Shown here piece by piece: positions 54,367 to 63,449 of a stretch of DNA of 64,000 nucleotides. The stretch lies in NCBI GenBank assembly GCA_963811145.1, contig CAWEQC010000001.1, positions 104,144 to 168,143 on the forward strand. The letters run 5' to 3'. A program made the position numbers and the translations under genes. The first letter of the stretch is position 1; each line of letters starts with the position of its first letter. The notes beneath the pieces are model-generated. The model did not search any database. It was not told where the DNA came from and saw nothing but the letters and a program-made list of their open reading frames with translations. Origin of the DNA: an uncultured Chloroflexia bacterium. Its GTDB lineage: Bacteria > Chloroflexota > Limnocylindria > QHBO01.

Positions 54367-54952
54367 ATGACTGCACAGGTGGCGCCTCGGCCTCGCGTTC
54401 TGGCCGACCTCGTCCCCGGCGCGCTGGTGCGCGACGTCGTGCTGGTGGTGGGTGCGGCGGTGCTCACCGGGATCGCCGCGCAGATCTCGATTCCCGCTGC
54501 CGTTCACCCCCGTGCCGATCACCCTGCAGACGTTCACCGTCCTGATGGCAGGCGCCGCGCTCGGCCCGATCCGCGGCGGCCTGAGCATGGTGCTCTACCT
54601 CGTGGTCGGGGTGGCCGGCGTGCCGTGGTTCAGCGAGCAGCGATCAGGCTGGGAGTTCGCGTCGTTCGGCTACCTCATCGGCTTCCTCGTGGCGGCCACC
54701 CTGGTGGGCGCACTCGCCCGACGCGGCGCGGATCGGACCGTCCTCGGCGCCGTGTGGCTGATGGTCGTCGGCAACCTGGTGATCTACGTCATTGGCGTGG
54801 CGTGGCTGGCCAACTTCCTCGCCGTCGACCTTCCGACGGCCCTGGAATTCGGGGCGTGGCCGTTCCTGATCGGCGACGCGCTGAAGATCGCGCTGGCAGC
54901 GGGCCTGCTGCCCGCGGCATGGAAGCTCGCCGGGGATCGACCGCCGGCCTAG
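54367..54952 (+). pseudogene. bioY: biotin transporter BioY; one frameshift
   Basis: MTAQVAP...AAQISIP | LPFTPVPITLQTFTVLMAGAALGP... (BioY signature). Extra base near 54496. Confidence 0.8.
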
Positions 54953-55471
54953 CCGCCCGTCCAGCCCAGCCAGCCGAGGATGTGGCCTGGCAATCGCGTT
55001 GACCGGCCGATCGTTGGCCAGCGTCAGGTCCTCGAGGCCGATACCGTCTTCGGCCGCCAGCCACGCCTTCGAACGTTCGAGGTCATCCGCGCGGCCGGTG
55101 GTCGTGTCGGACGCCGCCCGGCGCCGGATCTCCTCCATCGGCACGGTCAGGCGGACGACGCGCAGCGGCATCGGCAAAGCGGCTCGCAGGGTCGCCATCT
55201 GCTCCGCCGTCCGAATCGCATGCGCCAGCAGGAATCGGTCGTTGCCCCTGCGCAGGTAGTTGTCGACGATCAGCCTCAGGTTCTCCACCATCAGCGCGAA
55301 CTCGGCCATCTCGCTCTCGTCATCGCCCGGCCAGCCCCACGCCAGCCAGTCGAGGTCGAGAGCCGCATAGTGAAATCCCTGCCGCTCGATGAGCTCCGCC
55401 ATCTCCGCGACCACGGTCGTCTTGCCGGTGCCGAAGGCGCCGGTGACGAGGACAGCCTCCGGGGTGGACAT
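54949..55471 (-). pseudogene. P-loop NTPase (small kinase-like); frameshift in the last about 15 codons
   Basis: VLVTGAFGTGKTT Walker A. The corrected tail ...GHILGWLGWTGG* ends at a CTAG stop/stop overlap with bioY. The uncorrected ORF runs 300 nt antisense into bioY. Confidence 0.6.
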
Positions 55472-55474
55472 CGG

Positions 55475-56167
55475 TCAGGCGAGGCCGAGCGACGGCGCTA
55501 GCTCGATCGGTCTCAGCAGCTCCGGCCCGTCAGCGGCGACCTTGTTGACGGCCGTGCCGACCGGCCACATCCGCAGGGACTCGACCGGCGCCGGCCGAAG
55601 GAGCGACTGAACGTGGCCCAGGTCGGCCTCCGGATCCAGCCAGACCTCGAGCGAATCGCGATCGAGGATCACCGGCATCCGGTTGTGGACCGGATGCGAC
55701 CAGCTCGTTCGGTGACGTGGTCATGATCGCGGCGGTCGGCACCTCGCCGTGGATCGGGCTCCAGATGCCGGCCAAGCGCCAGCATCTCGCCCGTCGGCCG
55801 CCGGGACCGATGGCGTACGGCTGACGCGGCGACGCCGACCGATCCCACTCGTAGAAGGCGTCGGCCGGGATCAGGCATCGGCGCATGCGGAGCGACCGAC
55901 CGAAGGCCGGCGAGTCCCAGGCCGTCTCGGCACGGGCGTTGATCCAGGTCTGGGCGCTGCGCTTGGCCTCGTCGTCGGCCCAGAACGGGCGGAAGCCCCA
56001 GCGCGCGGCGATCAGCCGCCGCTCGATCCTCGCGCTGGACGACCATCCGGATCGTCTCGGTGGGCGGCACGTTGAAGAGGCCATCGGGCAGGTCGTCGTC
56101 CGGGATAGGCGCCGAAGTAGTCGCTGATCCGGTGGGAGGGCTCGCCCTGGCTGAATCGGCCGCACAT
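55475..56167 (-). pseudogene. SOS-response-associated peptidase (SRAP/YedK family), about five frameshifts
   Basis: MCGRFSQGEPSHRISDYFGA | IPDDDLPDGLFNVPPTETIRMVVQRE | ERRLIAARWGFRPFWA...CLIPADAFYEW... | GEMLAL | AGIWSP... | VHNRMPVILDRD..., scattered over all three frames. Junctions near 56107, 56025, 55798, 55771 and 55694. Confidence 0.75.
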
Positions 56168-56202
56168 GTCACGCCGATCGTAGCCGCGTCGCCCGGATTA
56201 GC

Positions 56203-56346
56203 TCGCTGGTGGTTGTAACGGCCACTGATTGGCCGATGCGCCCAGCAGCGGACCAGGAACAGCCAAGATCGGGCCCCTTGCCTGGCTGTTGTAACCAGCG
56301 GCGAGCCAATTCGGCCACTGATTGGCCGATACGCCCACCAGCGGAC
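56203..56346. repeat. tandem 93-nt duplication of the intergenic repeat element (copy C)
   Basis: GGCCACTGATTGGCCGAT(G/A)CGCCCA(G/C)CAGCGGA at 56220-56252 and 56313-56345 (31/33 identical). CTGG(T/C)(G/T)GTTGTAAC boxes at 56207 and 56283. Related to copies A and D. Confidence 0.65.
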
Positions 56347-56368
56347 TAACGCAGGCGCGGCCGGCGGA

Positions 56369-57027
56369 TCAGTAGCGGCGGCCGCGCTGGCGGGCGAGGT
56401 CGAACTGCGCGGTATCGGCGATGGCCATGACGGCCATGGTGCCGGCCTGGACCGGGTCGGAGACGACGAGGTCGACGGCGTCGGTCACCGATCCCGCCAT
56501 GTTGAGGGCGATGACCGGGACCCCGTGCTCGCGCAGCTCGCGGACCGCGGCGGTGATGTCGCCGCCCATGATCGAGCCGGCCAGCACGAGGCAGCGGGCG
56601 CGGGGCAGGTCGGCCACGGCTCGCACCGCCGCCGCGATGTTCTCCTCGCCGACCAACGCGATGGTGTCGACGCTGATCCGCTCGCCGCGCAGGTTGTGCC
56701 GATCCGCCTCGGAGACCGCGCCGAGCGCCACCTGGGCGACCTGCGCTCCGCCGCCGACCACGATCACCCGCTTGCCGAACACTCCCTCGAGGGTGCGGGT
56801 GGCCTCGTGCGCCTGGATCGCCGGCACGTTGGCGAGCGCTTCGGCCAGCGCCAGCGCATCCAGGCCGGCGACCTCGAGCTCCGCCTCGGCGAGGTCGTCC
56901 ACCACCCGCGGCGTCGAGAGGGTCCGCAGCGTCCCCCCGGCGTCGGCGATGGCGGCGACGATGTCGGCCAGGGCCGCGGGCGCATCGGCGAAGCGAAGGC
57001 GGATGGCGGTGGTCGTGGGCTCGGGCA

Positions 57028-57028
<1 letters not shown>
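56369..57028 (-). CDS. conserved hypothetical: ACT-like N-terminal domain plus Rossmann-like domain, last gene of the trpE-trpG operon
   Basis: 219 aa, intact. The N-terminal about 75 aa has a beta-alpha-beta pattern, followed by [19 protein letters not shown]... TGATG overlap with the corrected trpG stop. Confidence 0.7.
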
Positions 57029-57610
<582 letters not shown>

Positions 57611-57614
<4 letters not shown>

Positions 57615-58970
57615 GCCTCGCCTCCGATGGCGGCAAGCATGGAGGCCGCCTTGGCCGCCACCTCGGCCGCCTCGCGCTCGGGGACCGAGTCGGCGACGAT
57701 CCCCGCACCGGCATGCACGGTGGCCATGCCGTCGCGAATGAGCGCGCTGCGAATGGTGATGGCGCACTCGACGTCGGACGGCGAGAAGTAGCCGACCGCA
57801 CCGCCATACGGTCCCCGGCGCTCGCCCTCCAGCTCCGCGATGGCCTGCATGGCACGCACCTTCGGGGCGCCGCTCACCGTCCCCGCGGGGAAGACGGCGC
57901 GAACCGCATCGAAGGCGTCCAGCCCGTCCGCCAGGCGGCCGTGGACCTCGGAGACGAGGTGCATGACGTGGGCGTAGCGCTCGACGTCGCGGAGGGTGGT
58001 GACCTCGACGCGTGGCGGGCGCCGCGACCCGGCCGACGTCGTTGCGCGCAAGGTCGACCAGCATGGCGTGCTCCGCGAGCTCCTTGGGATCCGCCCGCAG
58101 CTCCGCCTCCAGCGCTGCGTCCTGCACCGGGTCCTCGTGGCGGGGACGCGTGCCGGCGATCGGCCGCGTGACGACCTCGCCGTCGCGGACGCGGACGAGC
58201 AGCTCCGGCGACGCGCCGACCACCGCCGCGCCCGGCGACACCGCCGCGAGGTCCAGGTAGTACAGGTACGGCGACGGGTTGATGCGCCGCAGTGACCGAT
58301 AGATCTCGATCGCGCTTCTCCGCGTTGGCACGCTGAAGCGTCGCGCCAGGACGGTCTGCAGCATCTCTCCGGCGTGGATCTCCTCGACCAGGCGAGCGAC
58401 GCAGGCCTCGTATCGGGAGCGGCCTTCCGGATCGATCTCGTCGGGCACGACAGCGGCGTCGAAGGTCGCCGGCACCTCGCCCTTCGCCGGCGTCTGCAGC
58501 GTCCGCACGACATCGGCCAGACGGTCTCGCGCGCCGATGCCGTCGAGCGTGGCCACGCGCGCCACCTGTGCCAGGTGGTCGAACACGACCACCGACGACG
58601 GGAGGTGGAAGACGGCATTCGGCATGGCGAGCGGATCCGCATGAGGAACCGGCACGCTCTCCCATCGGGCCGTGGCCTCGTAGGCCAGGTAGCCGACGCC
58701 GGAGGCGAGTGGGAACGCGGGATCGCCGCCCATCGGCTCGACGGCGGGAAGGGCCGCGCGAAGCACCTCGAGCGGATCGTCGCGGCCCTGCATGACGAGC
58801 GTCCGGCCCTTGACGCCGGCGATCGAATAGCGACCGTATCGGGCCCCGCCCTCGACGCTCTCGAGCAGGAATGCGCATCGTCCTCCGAGCCGAAGGGCGG
58901 CCGCAACCGGCGTGAGCGTGTCGGCCGCCAGCTCGATGCTGGTGACGCGGGTCGGTGTCGCGGTCGTCAT
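57611..58970 (-). pseudogene. trpE: anthranilate synthase component I; one frameshift
   Basis: Start at [26 protein letters not shown] and [17 protein letters not shown] | [20 protein letters not shown]...GAPK...GGAVGY. Extra base near 58010. Confidence 0.9.
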
Positions 58971-58985
58971 CGGTGCTGCTCCGGG

Positions 58986-59213
58986 ATACAACAAAGCCTC
59001 CATCCGGTCAGGGACGGAGGCTCGATTCCGCGGTGCCACCCTTGGTTCGGACCCGATCTGGTCCGCGCTCATTTCAAGGCCGATGTAACGGTGGCCAACC
59101 ATGGCTCGCGGGTCCATTCACCGATGCCGTACCACGCCGGCTTGCACCATCCCGGCTCGCTGATGTGGCCGTGCGACCGACTACTCGTCCCGGTCGACGC
59201 CGTCTTGAGTTGG
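58986..59213 (-). promoter_or_regulatory. T-box riboswitch leader, Trp-specific (specifier UGG)
   Basis: Minus-strand RNA carries the T-box core AAGGGUGGCACCGCG (59028-59047) with 7-nt bulge UGGCACC. The antiterminator helices are GGG/CCC and CGGA/UCCG. The competing terminator is GCCUCCGUCC-cugacc-GGAUGGAGGC plus UUUGUUGUAU (58986-59021). The specifier loop is GAA-UGG-A (UGG at 59114-59116), and Stem I has AGCGA bulge-like and GGUGCAA distal-loop-like elements. Confidence 0.8.
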
Positions 59214-59219
59214 AGCCGC

Positions 59220-59248
59220 ATGCTAGGTTCGCGACGTGTGGCCGTCAA
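59220..59248 (-). promoter_or_regulatory. candidate promoter TTGACG-N17-TAGCAT driving the T-box/trpE leader
   Basis: Read on the minus strand, immediately upstream of Stem I. Confidence 0.45.
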
Positions 59249-59300
59249 GGAGGCCGCGAGATCACAACCATGCCGCAACCCAACCTGAACCGATGCGGCG

Positions 59301-59329
59301 CTGACCGCGCCGAGGGCCGCGCGTACGCT
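59301..59329 (+). promoter_or_regulatory. candidate promoter CTGACC-N17-TACGCT, leaderless for the small ORF upstream of ppc
   Basis: The -10 ends 7 nt before ATG 59337. Confidence 0.4.
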
Positions 59330-59336
59330 CGCGAGC

Positions 59337-59573
59337 ATGGAGCTCATCGAACCAACCACCACGCCTCGCCGCGACTTCTCGCTGTACTCGGTGCGCGAGG
59401 GGCGGCTGGTGCCCGTGACCTGCGTGTCATGCGGCTGCCGCCTCGAGATGCACGCCGATGGCAGCTGGTGGCACTTCGCCGGACGAGGAAATCGGGATGC
59501 GCGAGGCTGCATCGTGGATTGCGCCGAGCGGCCGCACTACGCGCCCGGAGGCATCGCCGAAGCCCTCGCCTGA
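59337..59573 (+). CDS. small Cys-rich protein (78 aa), hypothetical
   Basis: MELIEPTT...VTCVSCGCRLEMHADGSWWHFAGRG..GCIVDCAERPHY. CxxC plus CxxxC suggests a zinc ribbon. High GC3 and a leaderless promoter geometry. 17 nt upstream of ppc. Confidence 0.55.
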   Translation: MELIEPTTTPRRDFSLYSVREGRLVPVTCVSCGCRLEMHADGSWWHFAGRGNRDARGCIVDCAERPHYAPGGIAEALA

Positions 59574-59589
59574 TTCGGGCGGGCGGCCC

Positions 59590-62343
59590 GTGACCCGGCA
59601 ACGGGACGCGGGCGAGGCAGCGCGACGCGCCGAGCCGAGAGGCATCGGCAGCGCCGGCGCACGTGATCCGCTTGCCCGCGAGGTCAAGCTGCTCGGCGCC
59701 CTGCTGGGACAGGTGATCGTCGAGCAGGAGGGCCCCGAGCTCTTCGAGCTGGTCGAGCAGCTGCGCCGGGCGGCCATCCGCGGCCGTCGCGCCGGTCCGG
59801 AGGAGACGATCGAAGGGGCGCTCCACGCGCTCGACGGCCGCTCCGCCACCGAGCTCCTGGCTGTGGCCCGGGCCTTCACCGCCTACTTCCTGCTGATCAA
59901 CCTGGCCGAGGAGAAGCATCGGCTGCGGACGCTGCGGAAGCGCGAGCGGTCGAGCCGGCGGGCGCCATTGGCCGATGGCATCGGCGACGCCATCCTTCGC
60001 CTACGCCGGGACGGCATGTCGCGCGAGGACGTGCGCGCGCTGGCGCATCGCATGCGCCTGATGCCCGTGCTGACGGCCCACCCCACCGAGGCCCGACGCC
60101 GCACGGTGCTGGTGGCGCAGCGGCGGCTGTACCGGCTCCTCGATCGGTTCGACGATCCGCGCCTGACCCGCTCGGAGGACCGCGAGCTGCGGCGGCGCCT
60201 TCGCGAGGAGATCAGCCTGCTCTGGCAGACGAGCGCCGTGCGCGCCCAGCGGCCGACGCCGCTCGACGAGGTGCGGGCCGCGATGGTCTTCTTCGACGAG
60301 ACGCTCTTCGCCGTCACGCCGCGGCTGTATCGGGCCCTGCAGGACACCATCGGCGGAACCGACACCGATGCGGTCGCGGAGCCGTACCTGCGCTGGGGCT
60401 CCTGGATCGGGAGCGATCGCGATGGCCATCCCGGCGTGACCGCCGAGGTCACCCGCCGGACGATCCGGATCCAGGCCGACCACATCCTGCGCGGCTACCA
60501 CAACGTGCTCGAGCGCCTGCAGCAGGCGATCGCCATCTCGGATGAGCAGGCAGGCGTGCCGGACGACTACCGGCGCGAGGTCGCTCAGATGGGCAGGCTC
60601 TTCCCCCGGGTTCGCGCCGACCTCGAGCGGCGCTTCGGCGGCCAGAGCTATCGGCAGGCGCTGGGGATCATCGGCGAGCGGATCGACCGCACGCGGGCCC
60701 GGCTGGTCGGAGGCTCCGGCATCCGTCGGGGTGGATACGAGTCGCCTGCGGAGCTGCTGACCGACCTGCGCCGGATGCAGGACTCGCTCCGCCGCCACGG
60801 AGCCGATCGCGTGGCGGCCGGCGAGGTCCAGGATCTCCTGTGGCAGGTCGAGACGTTCGGATTCCACCTCGCCTCGCTGGAGGTTCGGCAGCACGCCGAC
60901 GTGCACACGGCCGCGCTGGAGCGCCTGCGTTCGGGCCGATCGGCGGACGAGCCGGTCGATGCGTCGGGGGTGACACTCAACGAGGTCCTCGCCACGTTGC
61001 GGACGCAGCGTGAGATCGGCCTCGCTCTTCGGCCCGGAGGCTTCACGCCGCTACATCATCAGCTTCACGCGCGCATCCGACGGACGCGACCGGCCTGCTC
61101 GAGCTGGCTCGCCGCGGCGGTGCCCGACGTCCGCCTTCGGAATGGCTCGACGTCGTGCCACTGCTCGAGACCCGCGAGGAGCTGGAGAGCGCCAGCCGGT
61201 TCCTCGAGGAGCCTGTTCGCGCGACCCGGCGCTATCGGTCCCATCTCGACGGGTCGGGGCATGCGCCAGGAGGTGATGCTCGGCTACTCGGACTCGAACA
61301 AGGAGTCGGGCTACCTGTCGGCAGCCTGGAACCTGCATCGGGCCCAGGAGGGCCTGGTCGGCGGCGGCGCGCAAGCACGGCGTCGAGCTGACCCTGTTCC
61401 ATGGGCGTGGCGGCACCATCGGTCGCGGGGGCGGGCCGGCCAACCGGGCGGTCCTGGCGCAGGCGGCCGGATCGGTCGACGGCAGGCTCAAGCTGACCGA
61501 GCAGGGCGAGGTGATCGCCGAGCGCTACCCGAGCCCGCAGATCGCGCAGCGGCACCTGGAGCAGATGACGAACGCGCTGCTGCTGAGCTCGCGGCCCGGC
61601 CATGACGAATCGACCGCCGACCAGCTCGACCGATGGCGGCCGATGATGACCGAGCTGGTCGCGCTGGCCGAGGACGCCTACCGGCGCCTCGTCTGGGAGG
61701 ATCCCGACTTCGAGGCCTTCTTCGTCGGGGCCACGCCGATCGCGGAGATCAGCCGCATGGAGCTCGGCTCGCGGCCCGGCCCGACGGGCGGCCGCCGCGC
61801 CGTCGCTGGCCTCCCTGCGCGCGATCCCGTGGACCTTCGCCTGGGCGCAGAGCCGCACCAACCTGCCGGCGTGGTACGGCGTCGGAGCGGCGCTGGCCGG
61901 GTATCTCGAGCGTCACGGCGCCGCATGGTCGCGATCAGCTGGCGACGGCGTACCGCGAGTGGGCCTTCTTCAGCTCGATCATCGACAACGTCGAGCTCGG
62001 GCTGGCCATCGCCGACCCGGTCGTGGCGGCGCGCTACGCCGGCCTGGCCGGCACCGATGAGCCGATGCGCCGCATCGCCGAGACCCTGCGCGCGGAGCGG
62101 GCACGGACGGAGGACGAGGTGCTGCGCCTGACCGGCAGCGCGCGGCTGCTCGACCGCAGCCCGCGCCTCCAACGCAGCGTCGAGCTTCGGACGCCGTACG
62201 TGGATGTCCTCTCCGAGCTCCAGGTGCGCGGGCTCTCGCGCCTGCGCGGCTCTACGCTCGCCGCCGATGAGCGCGCCGCCACCGAGCGCCTCCTGCAGCT
62301 GACGGTCAGCGGCCTGGCGGCCGGACTCCAGCACACCGGTTGA
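59590..62343 (+). pseudogene. ppc: phosphoenolpyruvate carboxylase, about eight frameshifts in the 3' third
   Basis: VLTAHPTEARRRT is in one frame up to about 61020. [100 protein letters not shown] and the C-terminal ...GLQHTG* alternate between frames. Junctions lie near 61022, 61081, 61212, 61228, 61259, 61352, 61778 and 61919. Confidence 0.85.
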
Positions 62344-62368
62344 CCCGATCCGTCACCATGGCGCGGCC

Positions 62369-63089
62369 ATGACCGACGCGCCGCAGAAGACCGCCATCGT
62401 CACCGGCGCCGCCGCCGGCATCGGCCGCGCGACCGTCGAACGGCTGCTTGCCGATCGGCTGGCGGGTGGTCGGCATCGACCGAAACGCGGCGAGCGTCGA
62501 CGGTGCCGAGATGCTGGTGGGCGACGCGGGCGACGAGCCGATGCTGGTCGCCGCGCTCAAGATCTGCGGCGGCTCCCTGGACGCGCTGGTCTGCTCGGCC
62601 GGCATCCCGCCCTCGGGTCCATGGGAGAGCCGCGAGCACTGGGACGAGGTCGTCGCCGTCGACCTCACGGCTCCCTACGAGGCGCTGCGTGTCTGCATGG
62701 CCCGCGCTCGGTCGCCGCCGGCGGCTCCGCGGTGCTGGTCGGCAGCATCGTCGGTGCGGTTGAGGGCTCGCTCCGTTCGCCCGCCTATGCCGCCGCCAAG
62801 GCCGGGCTCGAGGGGCTGGCGCGCTCGATGGCCGTCATCGGCGGACCGGATGGCGTGCGCGTCAACGTCGTCGCGCCCGGCGCCATCGCCACCGACTTCG
62901 ACGAGCGGCTGCTGCCCGCGGACCACCGGACCGACGTGCCGCTCGGCCGCATGGGGACCGCCGATGAGGTCGCCGCCGTCATCGGCTTCCTCATCGGTCC
63001 GGATGCTTCGTACGTCACGGGCGCCGTGTGGACCGTCGACGGCGGAAGGATCGCCTCTCGACCGCCGATGCAGAACGATGCGGCGATAG
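62369..63089 (+). pseudogene. short-chain dehydrogenase/reductase, two or three frameshifts, 3' end uncertain
   Basis: TAIVTGAAAGIGRATVERLLAD | GWRVVGIDRN... | ...GGSAVLVGSIVG..YAAAKAGLEGL..VTGAVWTVDGG. Junctions near 62456 and 62709. The nominal ORF continues to 63316 only by reading through AT-enriched non-coding DNA. Confidence 0.7.
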
Positions 63090-63157
63090 ACCGTTTCAGG
63101 AAGTTCGAGTTGCGGCGCTGGCAACTATCGGCCATTGAAGCGCCAAAGCCAGGCTCA

Positions 63158-63245
63158 GATTGGCCGGCGCTTGCGCCGGCAACAACATGCGGGCAGGTTG
63201 AGCACCTTGATTGGCTGTTAGTTGCGCTTCGGGCAAAGGTGCCGG
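63158..63245. repeat. intergenic repeat element, copy D
   Basis: GATTGGCCGG box, palindrome GCCGGCGC-TT-GCGCCGGC and exact 16-mer TGGCTGTTAGTTGCGC (63212-63227). Aligns with 49776-49863 and 56227-56313. Confidence 0.6.
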
Positions 63246-63250
63246 TACCG

Positions 63251-63279
63251 TTGACATCGGTCCATGCGGGGGATAGGCT
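63251..63279 (+). promoter_or_regulatory. candidate promoter TTGACA-N17-TAGGCT for the aroF leader
   Basis: Perfect -35, 17-nt spacer, TANNNT -10. The -10 ends 10 nt before the leader-peptide ATG. Confidence 0.5.
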
Positions 63280-63289
63280 CCGCAATCCA

Positions 63290-63316
63290 ATGTCACAGAT
63301 GTGGTTTTACGGCTAG
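63290..63316 (+). CDS. leader peptide MSQMWFYG (aromatic amino acid attenuator)
   Basis: ATG TCA CAG ATG TGG TTT TAC GGC TAG. Consecutive Trp-Phe-Tyr codons, with promoter and terminator flanking. Confidence 0.6.
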   Translation: MSQMWFYG

Positions 63317-63370
63317 CGGGTACGAGGCAGGCGAGTAGATCTCGCCGGCGCAGGCACTCGTGCCCGCAGA

Positions 63371-63403
63371 CGCAGGAAGCGAAAGCTCCTGCGTTTTTTG
63401 TTT
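63371..63403 (+). terminator. intrinsic terminator of the aroF leader (attenuator)
   Basis: CGCAGGAAGC-GAAA-GCTCCTGCG (9 bp, one bulged A, GNRA loop) followed by TTTTTTGTTT. Lies 46 nt upstream of the aroF ATG. Confidence 0.65.
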
Positions 63404-63449
63404 CCCCGATGCGGATCGGGGCAGGGAGCGAAAGGCGCGGCAGGAATCG

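Noticed and set aside
52840-55002. 720-aa ORF
   Set aside because: It joins the antisense strand of the formamidase gene, most of the ROK gene, the non-coding bioY spacer and the first 43 codons of bioY, and then runs out of frame.
56207-56300. TTGTAACC / GGTTGTAAC boxes considered as BirA-type operator half-sites
   Set aside because: Both copies are in the same orientation, not an inverted pair. They lie 2 kb from bioY, downstream of the trp operon.
56203-56346. Tandem repeats considered as a CRISPR array
   Set aside because: There are only two units of 93 nt with related, not unique, intervening sequence. No cas genes are present, and the units belong to the dispersed repeat family.
59069-59512. 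147-aa minus-strand ORF upstream of trpE
   Set aside because: It overlaps the T-box leader and promoter, and lies antisense to the small Cys-rich gene. It has no motif support.
63090-63316. C-terminal 75-residue extension of the SDR (ORF 62369..63316)
   Set aside because: GC content and codon bias collapse after about 63090. The stretch contains the dispersed repeat, a consensus promoter and the leader peptide. SDRs normally end a few residues after VDGG, so the open frame is most likely fortuitous or due to a further indel.
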